A stretch of DNA of 64,000 bases from assembly GCA_043228905.1 (NCBI GenBank), contig JBHGNT010000007.1:10664001-10728000 (forward strand). The letters are read 5' to 3'. Every line of letters begins with the position of its first letter. The stretch's first letter is position 1. Shown here piece by piece: positions 1-13,508 of this stretch. Origin of the DNA: Azolla caroliniana. Taxonomy: Eukaryota > Plantae > Polypodiophyta. The position numbers and the translations under genes were made by a program. The notes below the pieces were generated by a model. It saw nothing but the letters and a program-made list of their open reading frames with translations, was not told the DNA's origin and did not search any database.

Positions 1-178
1 CCTATGGGACTAGAGTATACATGTGTTCTTGATATGTGTCTCCTTCCTAAGAAGGGCTATTCATACATTGAAGCACAAAGGCTCTATGTGTGAATAAAGC
101 ATACACATATGAGCTCAACCTTCTAGGTGGTGTCTTACGTATGACACTTAAGTTATCACTCCCTCTTAGTATGTCAAC

Positions 179-1116
179 CTATCTTGAACGAATTGCACTA
201 TATGTTGAGCATGTGAAGAGCAAGTGACATTCATCTTCATTGCATACTTTACATGTCTTTAAATTCGTTACATTTTGATACGATGATGCAACTTCAATAC
301 CTAACTTGTGAGATCGAGTGTGAAGTAGTGTAAGGGCTCTATGAGCATTACTACTCATATTGGTAATGAGATAAGGTTGGATACGATCAATAGGCATTCT
401 TGGTTTATATTGAGACCAACATTCAGGGTTGACATTTGCAATGTAGTATTCTAGCTTTGTCCTCTTAGCATCTTCCCACTTCATCCTTAATGATTCCACC
501 AACCTTTCCTCAATCATTACATAATGCATAACATCGCTCGAAAGCTCTAAAAGATCATCCACCCCATCTTCTAAACCATTTCCTTATGTCAACAACCCAA
601 CCGGAATGAGAGAATCTTACTCTTATGATTCTTTTGTAGCTTACATCCAACATTCCAAGCAAGATATGGTAATCGATCATTTTGTAATGTATTTATATAC
701 TCTTTGGAGTGCCAATATTTCTATGGGTCGAACACTTATTTCCAAGAGCATAACTTGGTAAGAGGTATTGCATTTAACTCCTAATTGCCTGGTTAAAAAC
801 ATATTTTGAATTTTCTCAATCTTATCCCATGCATTAAGAGAGATGGTCCCATCCCATACTTCTACTCCATAAAGCAATACTTGAGTTACCATGGCATTGA
901 ACAAGATTAGTTTTACTTCCCATCCACAAGTATCACTTTGGTTGCATTGGTTCTCCAAAAGGTAATATGATTTCCAACCGGCTTGGAGCCTAGAATCAAA
1001 GCATGCACTCCATTTATTTGTGGTAGGTACATCAATACCAAGATATTAAAAGCTTCGAACAAATTGCATATGTTCACCTCTATATGTGAGCATAGGGTAA
1101 TGATGAGGTTGGCTGG
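179..1116 (-). pseudogene. Decayed non-LTR retrotransposon (LINE) ORF2 fragment, C-terminal to the RT core
   Basis: ORFs 677-958 (LFNAMVTQVLLYGVEVW) and 179-562 (RSHKLGIE...CKVC..DECHLLFTC) parallel ORF2 of the LINE at 22039-23745 (LFDTLVTPVLLYGVEVW; RLSSHALRCE; CTLC..EYHTLIQC). Broken by stops and frameshifts, and cut by the LTR at 1117. Confidence 0.85.
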
Positions 1117-2821
1117 TGTTGAGAGATCAGCTTAACATGGGCCGAATCGGCCGAAGAAGCCGAGAGTCGAGAGCCGAATCGAATAGAGTTCGATTCGGGT
1201 ATATGCTAAGTCGGAGGAAATCCGATAGGCCGTTAGGAGCCTATATTCCTATTATAGTAAATAGGAATATTATAGGAAAAATTAGTGTCAAGCTCATTTA
1301 TGAGCATTCAAGTACTGACAGTACTTGTGGCAGCCCATTCGTCAAGGCTTGTATATAAAGTGCATTTTGAGCACTATTGTATGTACTCAGTCTTTTTGTA
1401 ATCAAAATATTTTTTTCTGCTCCACTCAGTCTCTCCCTCTCTCTCTCATATTCTTTGTGTTTACCTAATTGCAGAGTTTCCAAATAATCGACTGTGCACT
1501 CGGTGTCTTTCGCACACGCTTCTACACATGTAACCTTTTTTCATGGTATCAAAGCGCGAGGGTTGAGACTCCTCTACAGCCAACAGAAAAGAAAGTGAAC
1601 AAGATAGAGATAAATTTTTCGTTTTCCAAAAAAGAAAAGACAACAACATGGACAGATGAAGGGGAAGCTCACTTCTGATAGAGAAGCTTGATAGGAGCAA
1701 GTACGCATCTTGGTCTTAAAAGATGCATCACTACTTGCTCGGACATGGTTACTATAGTTATGTTGAAGGAGCTAATGATGTAGCACCGGAGTCGACACAC
1801 AGAGATTTCCCGGCCTAGAAACAAGCGGCAAGCAGAGTTCTGTACTCCTTTGCATCCTGTGTGCGCGATCAGCTACTGAGCTATATCCAGGATGCTTGGG
1901 GAAATCTGAAGAAGATCTTCGCCGCGAGCACCATAGCTAGAAAGCTTCAACTTAGACAAGAGTTGACCAATGTTTGACATAAAGATATGTCGGTGGCTGA
2001 TTACACCTCCAAGATCAAGGAGATTTGTGACTCCCTCTCCTCCATCTACGTGAATGTTTGAGGAGGAAGAAATGGTGCAAGTTTTCCTCGGAGGGTTGGC
2101 GTCAACGTTCGGAGCATTCAGAACGGCAGTCAGCACAAGGGAGAATACGTCGTCATTTTTCGAACTTCAATCAATGTTGCTCTTAGAAGAAAACCACTCA
2201 GGTACGTCAATGAGTATGCACACTGATAGCAAGATGTTGTACACAGAGGCGGATCAGCCCCATGGTCGTGGTGGAGGAGGCGGGTTGGCATGCAATGGAG
2301 GTGGGCGACAAGAGCAGAACTAGAGGCACAAAGGTGGTGCTGACAGTAGTTCCCGATCCTCCACGAGTAGGGGGAGTCAAGACGGCGCCGGAAATCGGGA
2401 AGGGAAGGACATGACAGACTACTAGTATTGTGGCAAGAATAGCTAGAAGGAGAGTGAGTGTTGGAATAAGTGCGTTGATTCAGAAAAAGCCAGATCAAAC
2501 TGAGGCGACATATACATATATCAAAGATTACACTACGTGAAGGCTGAGGGCGAGCAGGGACTGGCCCAACCTTCTTCATGAAGTAAAAGCCAACTCGATG
2601 ATGGTGAGCACCTCAAAGTCAAACAAGGTGTGGTATGTGGATTCGGGTGCATCGAACCACATCACGAACCACAAGGAGTAGTTCTCGACTCTAGAAAAGC
2701 CGGAGCAACTGGGGGTTGTCGAAACTGGTGATGATACCCCTCATCCCATCGAACATATCATAGATGTCACTTTGAGCCATGTCGACCAGAAGGGAATCAT
2801 GTGGAATGTCTTGCATGTACC
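1117..2821 (+). mobile_element. Ty1/copia element A, 5' part (LTR, PBS, decayed gag-protease)
   Basis: LTR TGTTGAG...TCA 1117-1543; PBS TGGTATCAAAGC 1544-1555 (tRNA-iMet type); gag remnants (FLGGLASTFGAFRTAV) and protease WYVDSGASNH near 2630. Interrupted at 2822. Confidence 0.85.
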
Positions 2822-4898
2822 TGTTAGGAATATGTCCCTCTATGGGCGGAGCCGAATGGTCGGATTGAGAGCTGATAGTCGAAGAAAAGAAGGAGTCAAC
2901 TAGTCAGACTTTGAGCAGATAGTTGAAGACAAGGAGTAGCGACTGTTGAAGACAAGGAGTAGTCGACAATCGAAGACAAGGAGTAGCCGACTGGTCGAAC
3001 AGAGAGCCAACAATCGATGACAAGGGGGAGTAGACATGGAGAATCGACAGTATAGAAAGTGATCCTAGTCGAAGACATGACTGACTAGTTGGGCCGACCC
3101 GATGGTCGAAGACAAGGCTGCCTAGTCGGGCCAACTGGACAGTCGACATAAGAGTCGGCTAGTCGAATTGACTAATTGACCAATCGACTGATTAACTGTT
3201 ACTGCTAGCAGTTTAATAATAGGAATATAAGTAGTAGAGGCTACATTTGTAAATAGCCCATTGGTGTATAAGTATAAATACACTTAGGGAAAAACCTAGA
3301 TGTATGTGTAGAATAGAAAGAGTAGTTATGAGCCTCTATTGCAGAGTGTTACTAAGAAGAGAGAGTAGTGTGAGAGAGAGAGCGGCAACAAAAGTTTAGT
3401 GAACTTGCTAAGAACCCTGGGTGGATTATCCTCTAAGATCATCAGAGAAGATTTGTAACCATTTTTTATACTCTCGTGTATAGTTGATCTTTGTTCCCTG
3501 TGGTTTTCCCAGTTTAGGGTTTCCACATAAAACCGTGTACATCATTGTGTACTTTGTTGTTTTGCATTTTGTTTGTACGTTTCAACATATCTTATTGTGA
3601 ATCGACGCATTCGATTCATATCCAACTGGTATCAAAGCACTAAGGTAAAAGATGGAAGGAGGTGTGAGTGACTTCCCAGGCATGATAGTTCTAAACTCTT
3701 AGAACTATGCAGACTAGAAGATAAAGATGGAAGACCTTCTCATAGTTAAAGACTTGTATGCGCCCATCGACAAAGCAAAAATATCCATGGGGGTATTAGA
3801 TTCTGAATGGAAACTTCTGAACAGAAAGGTGGTGACAACCCTAAGATAGTGTGTCAATGTAAGTGTCCTTCAACATGTGGTGAACGATACAAATGCCTAC
3901 GAGATGTAGTAGAAGTTGTTAGGTCTGTACGAGAGGAAGAACGCCCTCAACAAAACATGTTTGATGTGAAAGTTTGTGAGGCTGAAATACAGGGATGCAG
4001 AAAGCATACTAGAGCATAGCACATTCATGGGGTATGTGAACCAACATGGTACAACCAAGTTTCCCCTTGAAGATGCAATGCGGGTCATGCTACTACTGGG
4101 TACCCTACTAGATAGTTGGGAGAATTTGGTGGTGACTCTCAACACCACGGGCCAAGAAGAGAACTTGTTTGTTCAAGCTGTAAAGACAAACATCTTGAAC
4201 AAGGAGACAAGAAGGAAGGACAAGGGTGTCCTAACCCAATCGGAGTCAAATCTGACTCAACATACCGGTAGAGGAAGAAATCGGCAAAGGAGTCCACAAA
4301 GGAGGCACAAATCCCATGCCAAATCCAAGTCTAGAGGAAAGCTAACATGCTTCTATTGTGGAAAGCATGGACACTTTTAGAAGAACTACTGACACATGAG
4401 GAAAAAAAAAGGTATCGGTAATGATGTCGAACCCAGGAAGATTCCTAATGAAATGTGTAAAAACGAAGGTGCGGAAGTGTCAGACAAACCGGCTCCACCA
4501 GATAGCAACAAACAAAAAAAGAGAGAATAGAAACACAGAGTGTATGCAGGAGAGACAGAGAATAAGCAGAATGTTAAAAATCTATTACAAAACAATAATA
4601 GTTATTTGTCTCTACAACAGGCTTCAACAACACTATTTATACAAGTCCTAAGAGGACTGACAGAAGTATGGTGTACTTCAATGCTCACATGAGCGTTTGA
4701 CACTAACTACGAGTCATTAACTACCTAACAGTCTAGGCTGCTACTAGGCTTCCGATTACTACTGGATCCAGCTAATCGGCTCCCCAGCTCACCGGCTTAC
4801 GTGCTCACCGGCTCACCAATCCGGCTCATCCTTCCAGATGTTGATCTGGCTCAAGCTTATTCAGCCGATCCGGATCCGGTTGAGCTTGCCGCTCAACA

Positions 4899-7800
4899 CT
4901 CCCCCTCAAGCTCAACTTGAGGTCGGATCGTAGTGTCAGTCTCCATGTCAGTCGGTCCTTCCACCCGGCTCCATCTGGCGTCACTCTGCCTCGCTCACGC
5001 TCCTCGTTCGGTCTGGTCCCGTTTGCCGCGACCCTTCTGATTCTGCGCACCTTGACCTCCTTGGTCGGCTTGTCTGCTCAAGAAGCCCAATTCATCTCCC
5101 TCGTTGTTGTGACTTCGGCGCTTGCTGATTCGTCGAATCCTTCGTGTTGGCGACGACTTTCGCTGCCTTCTCGTCCTCTTGGCCTTGAATTGATCCAGTA
5201 CCTTCGAATCCGTCTGTTGAACCAAATCGACTGTCTCCTATTCGTTCCAACTCTTGTCCAAATCGGTCATACTAGATTCCTCTTCTGGTTCCAGGCCCTT
5301 CACCACAACGGACCATGTCCGGGTCTTGGCCTTCTTCTTCTTGTTTCTCCCTTTGTCGGTTCTTCCCTCACCGGCGCAATCAGTAGTTTCTTTGCCTTTT
5401 CCTGTTCTCCCCCTCAAGTGTGGCACGTTGAGATGCTGAACACCAAGCATTTTGATGAAGTGCTGCAACTTGTCTGATCCGAGCGGTTTGGTGAAGATGT
5501 CAACAACTTGCCGATCCGTATGAACATACCGAAGTTCGACTTCACCGCTCAAGACACACTCACACATGAAGTGGTAGTGCACTTCTATGTGCTTCGTGCG
5601 AGCATGGAATACTGGGTTCTTGCCGAGCTGCATGCTGCTTATATTGTCGCAGTAGATCAGGATCGGGGTCGGCACCTCGATCCGCAGCGCAGGTCTTGCA
5701 GTAGTCGCCGAAGCCAAATGGCTTCACATGTGGCAATGGTAGTGCCCCGGTATTCAGCCTGAGTGCTCGAAAGGGCCACTATTGGTTGCTTTTTGCTGCT
5801 CCACGCAACAGCCGCGCTACCAAGGGAAAACATATAGCCGGAGGTGGATCGGCGATCCGATGCATCATTGGCCCAATCGGCATCAATGTAGATGACTAGC
5901 TCTTCGGTTATACCATGCCGGTATAACAGTCCCCGGTCCTTCGTGCCGCTCACATATCGCAAAATTCGATGCGCGCAAAAAAGGTGGTCCACAGTCAGCT
6001 TCTGCATATATTGGTTGATCACGCCGACCGGATAACTGATGTCGGGTTGGGTGATTGTCAAATATATAAGGCTTCCGACGATTTTTCGGAACTGCTTCTC
6101 ATCTCAGGCCGGTCCGGAGTCGGGACAGAGCTTCTGGTTCCGGTCCAAGGGTGGTGTGGAGATTAGTCGGCATTCGGTCATGCCGAACTTGTACAGCATA
6201 TTCAACACATAGTGTCTTTGTGAGAGCAATATGCCGTCAGGGGTTCGGATCACCTCGATCCCAAGAAAATAGTGAAGGTCCCCCAGATCCTTCATCTCAA
6301 ATGCTTCCGACAGCTGGGACTTGATTCTGCTGATTTCATCGAGTCCGGGTCCAAACCTTGCCAGATGACTAGATCATCAACATACAACAAGATGCAAACC
6401 GGACCGTCCGAACCTTGCCAGATGAACAACGAAGAGTCGGACTTGGAGGCCGCAAACCCCATCTTACGCAACCGGTGCGTGATCTTCGCATTCCAATCTC
6501 GGGGGCCTTGCTTCAGGCCATAAAGTGACTTCTTCAGCCGGCATACCGCCGACTTGTTCATCTTCGACTGGAAACCGGGGGATTGGGTCCTAAAGACCTC
6601 TTCTTCAAGATCGCCTTGAAGAAATGCATTCTTCATGTCCATCTGGTGAAGATGCCACCCCCTTGCCGCAGCAACCGCTAGCACCACACGAACTGTCGTC
6701 ATCTTCACTACTGGAGCGAAGGTCTCATTGTAGTCAATTCCGTGGGTTTGCGCGTATCCCTTCGCCACTAACCGAGCCTTGTACCGGTTAACCAAACCGT
6801 CGAAATTGTACTTTACCTTGTACACCCACTTACATCCGATCGGTTTACAGTGTCGAGGAGGGTCAACTAGGTCCCATGTGTCGTTGGCATCAAGTGGCTA
6901 CATTTCTTCCTCCATAGCGGCACGCCAATTGGCATCCTTTGCCGCTTCTGCGTAGCTCTCTGGCTCATGCACTTCCGCCACCTTCGTCATGTACGCATAA
7001 TGATGCGCCATGTACTCATTGTACCCGTACTGCTTCATGGGGTTCTTCTGGCGGGAAGACTGTCGTATCTTATCGTTACCTGGTTTGAGGCCCTTCTTGG
7101 CCGGTTCGAGCTTTGTTCCCGAAGGTCTGCCTTCATCCTTTCCAGAGTAGGATTCGCTCCGATCCGACTCAACGTTGCTTGTTTCGTATTCCGTCATCTT
7201 CTTCTTCCCCTTCTCTTTGCGTGTGAACCGTCTCTTTGGTTCCTTGCGCGGGGAGAGCACGATAGAGTCTCCACTACTTGCCGGTTCCTCATCCAACTGG
7301 TCATCCCGACTCAGCCACTCATTCGGTCCACTCAACCGAAACAATTCCGAACTCACATCTAGAGTCTCGAACCCTTCGTCTTCTAACTAGACCGGTTCAG
7401 GCTCACTAGCCTCATCCTCTAGTATCAGGTCGGGGTCAAAAGTTTGAGCCAGTAAGGCATACCATGATGCCGTCTCATCAAACTCAACATCTCGGCTAAC
7501 TCGGACCTGCTTCGTCTGGGGGTTATAACACTTATACCCCTTTTGCTCATGCGAGTAACCGACCAGGATGCATTTCTCTGACTTTGCATCGAACTTCCTC
7601 CGCTTCTCATCCAGCACATGCACATATGCAATGTTATCGAATATCCGAAAGTGTCTAAGATTCGGCTTGTGCCTGAAATACAACTCATGCACGGACACCT
7701 TGTCACCGATCCGGTTTTGGATGTAGATGGCCGTCTGAACCGCCTCAGCCCAGTAGAAATGGGGCATGCTCTTCTCCTCCAGCATTGCCCTGGCCGTGTC

Positions 7801-9418
7801 GACAACCGACCGGTTCTTCCTTTCGGCCACACCATTTTGCTCCGGTGTGTACCTATAGCTGAATTCTCTCTGAATTCCATTCTACTACAGATAACTGTTG
7901 AATTGGTTGGTGTTGAGAGACAAGCTCAACATCGGCCGGATTGGCTGAGCAAGCCGAGGACCGGATCGGTTGGGACCGATCGGTTAGGCCGGACCAGTGC
8001 GTAAAATGGATACGCAAACCAGTGCGTAACGAGAGGCCGTATCGGTGCGTAATCCGAAAGGCCGTTAGAGAGATATTCCTCGTAAGGAATACTTTTGGGA
8101 GTAAGTGGCGAGGCTCATTTATGAGCAGTCAAGTACTGTCAGTACTTGTGTCAGCCCGATTGTCAGGGCTTGTATAAAAGGTGCTCACTGAGCACGGTGT
8201 ATGTACAGAGAATTAGTATTTTTGAATTTACCTTTTGAGTGTTCTCTCTCTGTCTCTCCCACGTACTGTGTATTAAAGCTCTCCATTAAACCTGCGTATT
8301 TTCTCTGTGTTCGTTTTCTATTGCTTCCACACATAATCTTTCACAGCTGGAAAAGTATTCTTTCCCACCATCTAACCGTAGGCACTTGATCTTCCTCTCG
8401 GTTTCCCGTTCAACCAGGCTTTGCAGGTTCCAGAAACACTCGAAGACTTCGCTCTTCCGCTCAATGAGGTAGATCCACGTGTGCCGGCAATAGTCGTCGA
8501 TGAAGGAGACAAAATACCGACTCCCGCCAAGACTAACGTTTTGTGCCGATCCCCATACATTTGCATGAATAAGGTTGAGCTTGTTATGGCTATGGTTTCG
8601 TTCGGTGGGAATGGAAGCCGTTGTTGCTTCCCGAGTTGGCAGGTTTCACAAATTTCGACCTTCCGGCCGCTAAATTTCGGCAAACTGAAAACGACTTGTT
8701 TCAATTGTAGGTCTTGAAGCCTTTGATAATTGACGTGGCCGATCCGCTTGTGCCAAAGATCGATATCCGATTCAATCTTCTGTCCTTTGGCGAACAAATC
8801 GGTGCCGACGTCATTGGTGTCGAGGATAAACATCCTCCCGTCTCTGCGCCCTAGCGCAATGATTTGGCCCTCTTCCTCGATGAAGTACCCAAGGTGCGTA
8901 AACCGCACCTGCATCGCTTGCATCACCTGCAACCGACACCAGGTTCTTCGTGATAGTCAGAACATGTAATATGCTCATCAGCTTCCCCCTCTGTTCGACG
9001 TGGCTCAAAGGGACTTCTCCGACATGCACGATTGGGTGAGGAGTGTTGTGTCCGGTTTCGACAACTCCCTGTTGTTCTAGTTTCTCTAGGAAAGAGAACC
9101 ACTCCTTGTGGCTGGTCATGTGATTTGACGCACCAAAGTCAACGTACCACATTTCCCCTGATTTGGAAGTGGTCTTCTTCATTGAGTTAGCCTCGTGTTT
9201 CATTACCAAGGCTAGCCCTTTACTCGCTTTTCTGGTTTTGGATCCTCCTGATCCTTCTGCGTAGTGGGAGTATTGCCGGTTCTCTCTACCGGCCTTGTTG
9301 GATCTGGATCTGTCCGAATAGGCGTGCTTCTTCCAGCACTCGCTTTCTCTGTGGCCCTTTTTACCACAATACCAGCATTTCGTGTCAACCTTTGCTTGCC
9401 GGCCTCCGGTGCCGCCTT
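4899..9418 (-). pseudogene. Copia B gag-pol (zinc knuckle, protease, GAG-pre-integrase, integrase, RT, RNase H), disrupted
   Basis: CWYCGKKGHRESEC, WYVDFGASNHM, LWHKRIGH, AERKNRS, YKARLVAKG..QMDMKNAFL..LLYVDDL, DADWA..RRSTSG, HARTKHIEV. Copia domain order (integrase before RT); several stops and frameshifts. Confidence 0.9.
7911..8345 (+). repeat. Solo LTR of the copia A/E family inserted in the copia B integrase
   Basis: TGTTGAGAG...TTCACA; TSD GTTGG/GCTGG; similar to LTRs 1117-1543 and 49485-49943. The uninterrupted site is visible in copia E at ~47345. Confidence 0.88.
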
Positions 9419-12400
9419 TGTTACTCGGTCGGCAAGAAGGCTTAAGGATGTCCAAACCAGAGTACCCTAAACCCTCCGGTGCCGCCAAAAACTGTGTTAA
9501 TCCTAGGGCCGGACAACAGCCTAACACAAGGTGTCCACTTAAAACACTTCACCAAAGGGTGTTACGGCAAGATGACTTATGACACAACGCTTAATTAGAC
9601 CTTAATTGGTTACTTAGCAATACATCATTAACACGCGTAAGATATACAATAAGCACAGAACGGTAATCAATACTGAAAGGTTAAGGCAATAAGTTCTATT
9701 AATTATCCATTGTGAATTACATTGTAACCAGGCCTTTATATAGGTCTCCGGTGCGAAGTACAAAACGGTGCCAACCGGCACCTATTCGGAATCGGTTCGG
9801 ATCCGGATCGGCATACCGATTCCGGTCCTTCCGTCCCTATTACTAAAATAATTACAACAGTTCCCGAATAAACTATTCCTTTCACACTTTGGTCTGGACA
9901 TCCTTAAGCCTTCTTGCCGTCCGGGTAATACATGGCATGCCCGTGGGACAGTACCTTGTACGTTGAACCCATTATCCGGCCCTGCTACGTTGTACTATAA
10001 GTAGGAAATTTTGGTTCTACGACAACGTAGGGTGTACGATGGTTGACGTTGTTGGCTGGAAGAAGAAAAGGGCGGAGGAGCGACTTTGGGCATGTGGTAT
10101 CCTCGGCCTTGGAGAGGAAATCAACGGAGCCGTGGAGGCGGTCTCTTTCGACGATACCTTGGGGGAGCTGCGAGAGGTAGTTGGAGGAGTCCTTAAAGAG
10201 GACCGGACGATTCCGGTATGTTCGGAAAGGATGTACGAAGTCATCGCGGACTTCAGTAGAGGGCTCGAGTCGGATCGGATGGCCCGGGTGGACACGAGGT
10301 ACAAGACTGTGGACCGGAAGGTGAGGCCAGTCGCGGCTCCCTTGCCGTAGGGCAGCGAGTTCCGAATAAAGGGGGGTGCGTCGGACCCGAGTTTACGAAA
10401 TCCGGCCCACATAGGACACACGTTCACCGACATAACGTTGCGCGAGCTCAAAATAGGTGGGGGCGGCTTCCTACTGCAGGCGGAAGAGGACCGTTTTCGG
10501 GAAATGCTCGGAAGGCACGGGAAGGCTTTCGCATTCTCACTGGAGGAGATCGGGTACGTAGACCCGACAGTCGTGGAACCGATGGTGATATTCACGGTAC
10601 CGCATGTGCCGTGGAGTCTCAAACCGATTCCAGTACCCAGAGCTCACATCCCGAAGCTGATGGAGCTGTTAAAGCAGAAGGTCGAGATGGGAATCCTCGA
10701 ACCGTCGAGTGCCCCATACTCGAATCGGTGGTTTATTGTGCCGAAAAAGGACGGCACGTTGCGCTTTATACAAGACCTGCAGCCGGTCAACAAGGTGACC
10801 ATTCGAAACGCAGGAATCGGACTGACAATAGACGAGTTGGCGGAGGCCTTTGCAGGAAGGTCGATTTACTCGGTCGGTGATCTCTACTCGGGGTACGATC
10901 AATTCCAGCTTGCTGTAGAGAACAGAGACATCACGACAATGCGAACTCCTCTCGGCCTAGTACAGATGTGTACCCTGCCGCAAGGAGGGACGAACTCGGT
11001 GGCTCACATGGTGAACGCAATGAACAAAGTGTTGAGGGATTGTATCCCGGACATCACCATGCCGTTTTTGGACGACGTCCCGATCAAGGGATGCCTGGTG
11101 GAGGAAAGGGACGAGACGATCGGACCGGACAGGTGCCGGAAATTCGTGGCGAAGCACATCGATGACTGCGAGAAGGTGCTGCAGAGGTTGGAGGGCGCGG
11201 GGTTCACCTTCTCCAGGGGAAAATCGGCCTTCGGGCAATCAGAGATCATGGTCGTCAGATACCTATGCGGGCCGTACGGCCGGAAACCGTCTCCGGCTAA
11301 GGTAGAAGCCATCTCCGCGATGAAGACCGACTGTAGCTCGGTCACGGAGGTTCGGAGGTTCTTGGGAGCGTGTGCGTTCTACCACATATGGATCCCGCAT
11401 TACGCTCACGAGTCCGACCGGGATCGGATGGGTCGTCAACCAAGAGGACGAGGATGGCATGCGTTCCCCGATCCGGTTCGGCGTGAAGGTCCTCAGCGAG
11501 TGACAACGAGGATACGCCCAGGTTAAACGTGAGCTCTGGGGTATCGTTTCGGCGGTAAAGGCCGATCAAGACTACCTGATCGGGACAGAGGTAATTATCG
11601 AGACGGACTGCCTGCCGATCCTTGGCATGGTTTCCGGATGTGTCACGCCGGACCTGGCAATGCTCAGGTGGATAGCGTACATCAAGTCCTTGAATCCGGA
11701 AATACGACACATTTCCGGGAAAGACAACGCCATGGGCGACATGCTTTCAAGGGTGAGGTTCGAAAATGACGGCGGCATGGTTTCAGAGGACGAGGAAGTC
11801 GGCATGGACTTCTTCGAGGCGGCTTACGTAACAACCGGTAGGGAATGCTCTCCAATGCTTAACGATTTCGACGAGAGCAAGTACGACGGGGAGTGGCTAC
11901 AGATCGGCGGGTTCCTAAAAACAATGACACCGGACGCGGCATGGACAACGGACGAGGCCAACCGGATTCGGAAGAAAGCCTACCGATTCTTTCTCCGGGA
12001 CGGATACATATGGAAGCACCCGAAGAAGAGGAACGAAATCCCGCTCCGAGTGGTGGCGAAGAAGGAGGAACAGGAGGATTTGCTGGCGGCGTACCACGAT
12101 AGCCCGTGGGCTGGTCACCGTGGAACGTGGGCCACGTTCGAAAAGCTAAAGGGGAAGTACTGGTGGCCGGGACTATACCGGGACATGCATCGGTTCGTGA
12201 CGACTTGCGAAAGTTGTCAGGTGCACTCCATGATCTGACATCGGGACGAGCTTCACCTGACCTTCCCTCTGACCGTCCACTTCAAGTGGATGGTGGATTT
12301 GGTGACGATGCTAATGGGGGTAGGACAGATGCGGTATCTGGTGCTGGCTCGGGAAGATCTAACAAACCAGGTTGAAGGCCGAGCCCTGCAGAACAAGACG

Positions 12401-13508
12401 ATGGCAGTCGTGTGCCGGTTTTTGATTGAGGACGGAGTATGCCGATACGGGTGCGTAGGGAAGATCGTGGCTGACCGTGGTGAGTTGGACACAGAAGAGG
12501 CCGAAGAGTTGTTCGACCGGCTAGGAGTCAAACTTTTGCTCACCACAATGTACAATCCGGAGGAGAACGGGAAGGTGGAGCGCGGACACGGGGCAATTGT
12601 CAAAGCGCTAGTACGGGCGTGCGGAGGCCGAGTCGGGGACTGGCCACGGCTGCTACCTTATGCCTTGTGGGCGGACCGGACTACGTACAGCTCGGTAACC
12701 GGGTTCATGCCGGCCAAGCTTATGTTTGGACAGAAGCCGATCATGCCAACAGAGCGAACGATCTCCTCGTGGGCCACGGTGGACTGGAGGGATGAGATGA
12801 GCCGGGAGGAACTGTTGGCGGCGCGGATTCGACAGCTCGAGCGGAGGCCGGAGGACGTAGAGCGAGCCGCGGAGAAACTTCGGGTAGCGATGATAAGGAA
12901 CAAAGCCCAGTTCGACCGAACACACCGGTTCAGGCCAAGGAAGATCGAGGAAGGCGATTGGGTGCTAGTCTATGACAACAACCTTGACAATCAGCATAGG
13001 GCCACGCGGAAGTTTGCGAGGAGGTGGTTCGGGCCTTACGTAGTAACAGGCGCGAACGACAATCGGATGTACCATCTCACGGAGCTCGACGGTATGAGAA
13101 TGATGATACCGGTAGCGAGGAAGAGGATCAAAGTGTTCAAGAAATGGCACAACGGGGAGCCGGAGCTAGGGGGCATGGACAACGACGACGAGTAGCCCGA
13201 GGCGGAGGATGAACCGGTAAACGAGGAATAAAAGCAAGGATCGGTTTTCTCCCGTAGGACCCTAATTTTGGCACATACCGGTGGATGCGCGGTTAGGTGG
13301 GGGCGGATGTCGTGAAGAAAACCGTCCCTAGGCGCAAACCGTGTATAGTGTGTGTGAACCGGCCTTTACACGTGGGCACGTCCCTTGTCGTATAGTAGAT
13401 AGGTTGGCACAAAGGATAAATCCTAGGTAGCAATATTCTATAGGGGAAATCGAGGAGTATCTCTGTTCGAAAGGACAAAGAATTAATGTGATGTAAACCG
13501 GTGAAACG

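Noticed and set aside
9933-9970. tRNA gene
   Set aside because: Only a short stretch complementary to a tRNA 3' end; no cloverleaf or A/B boxes.
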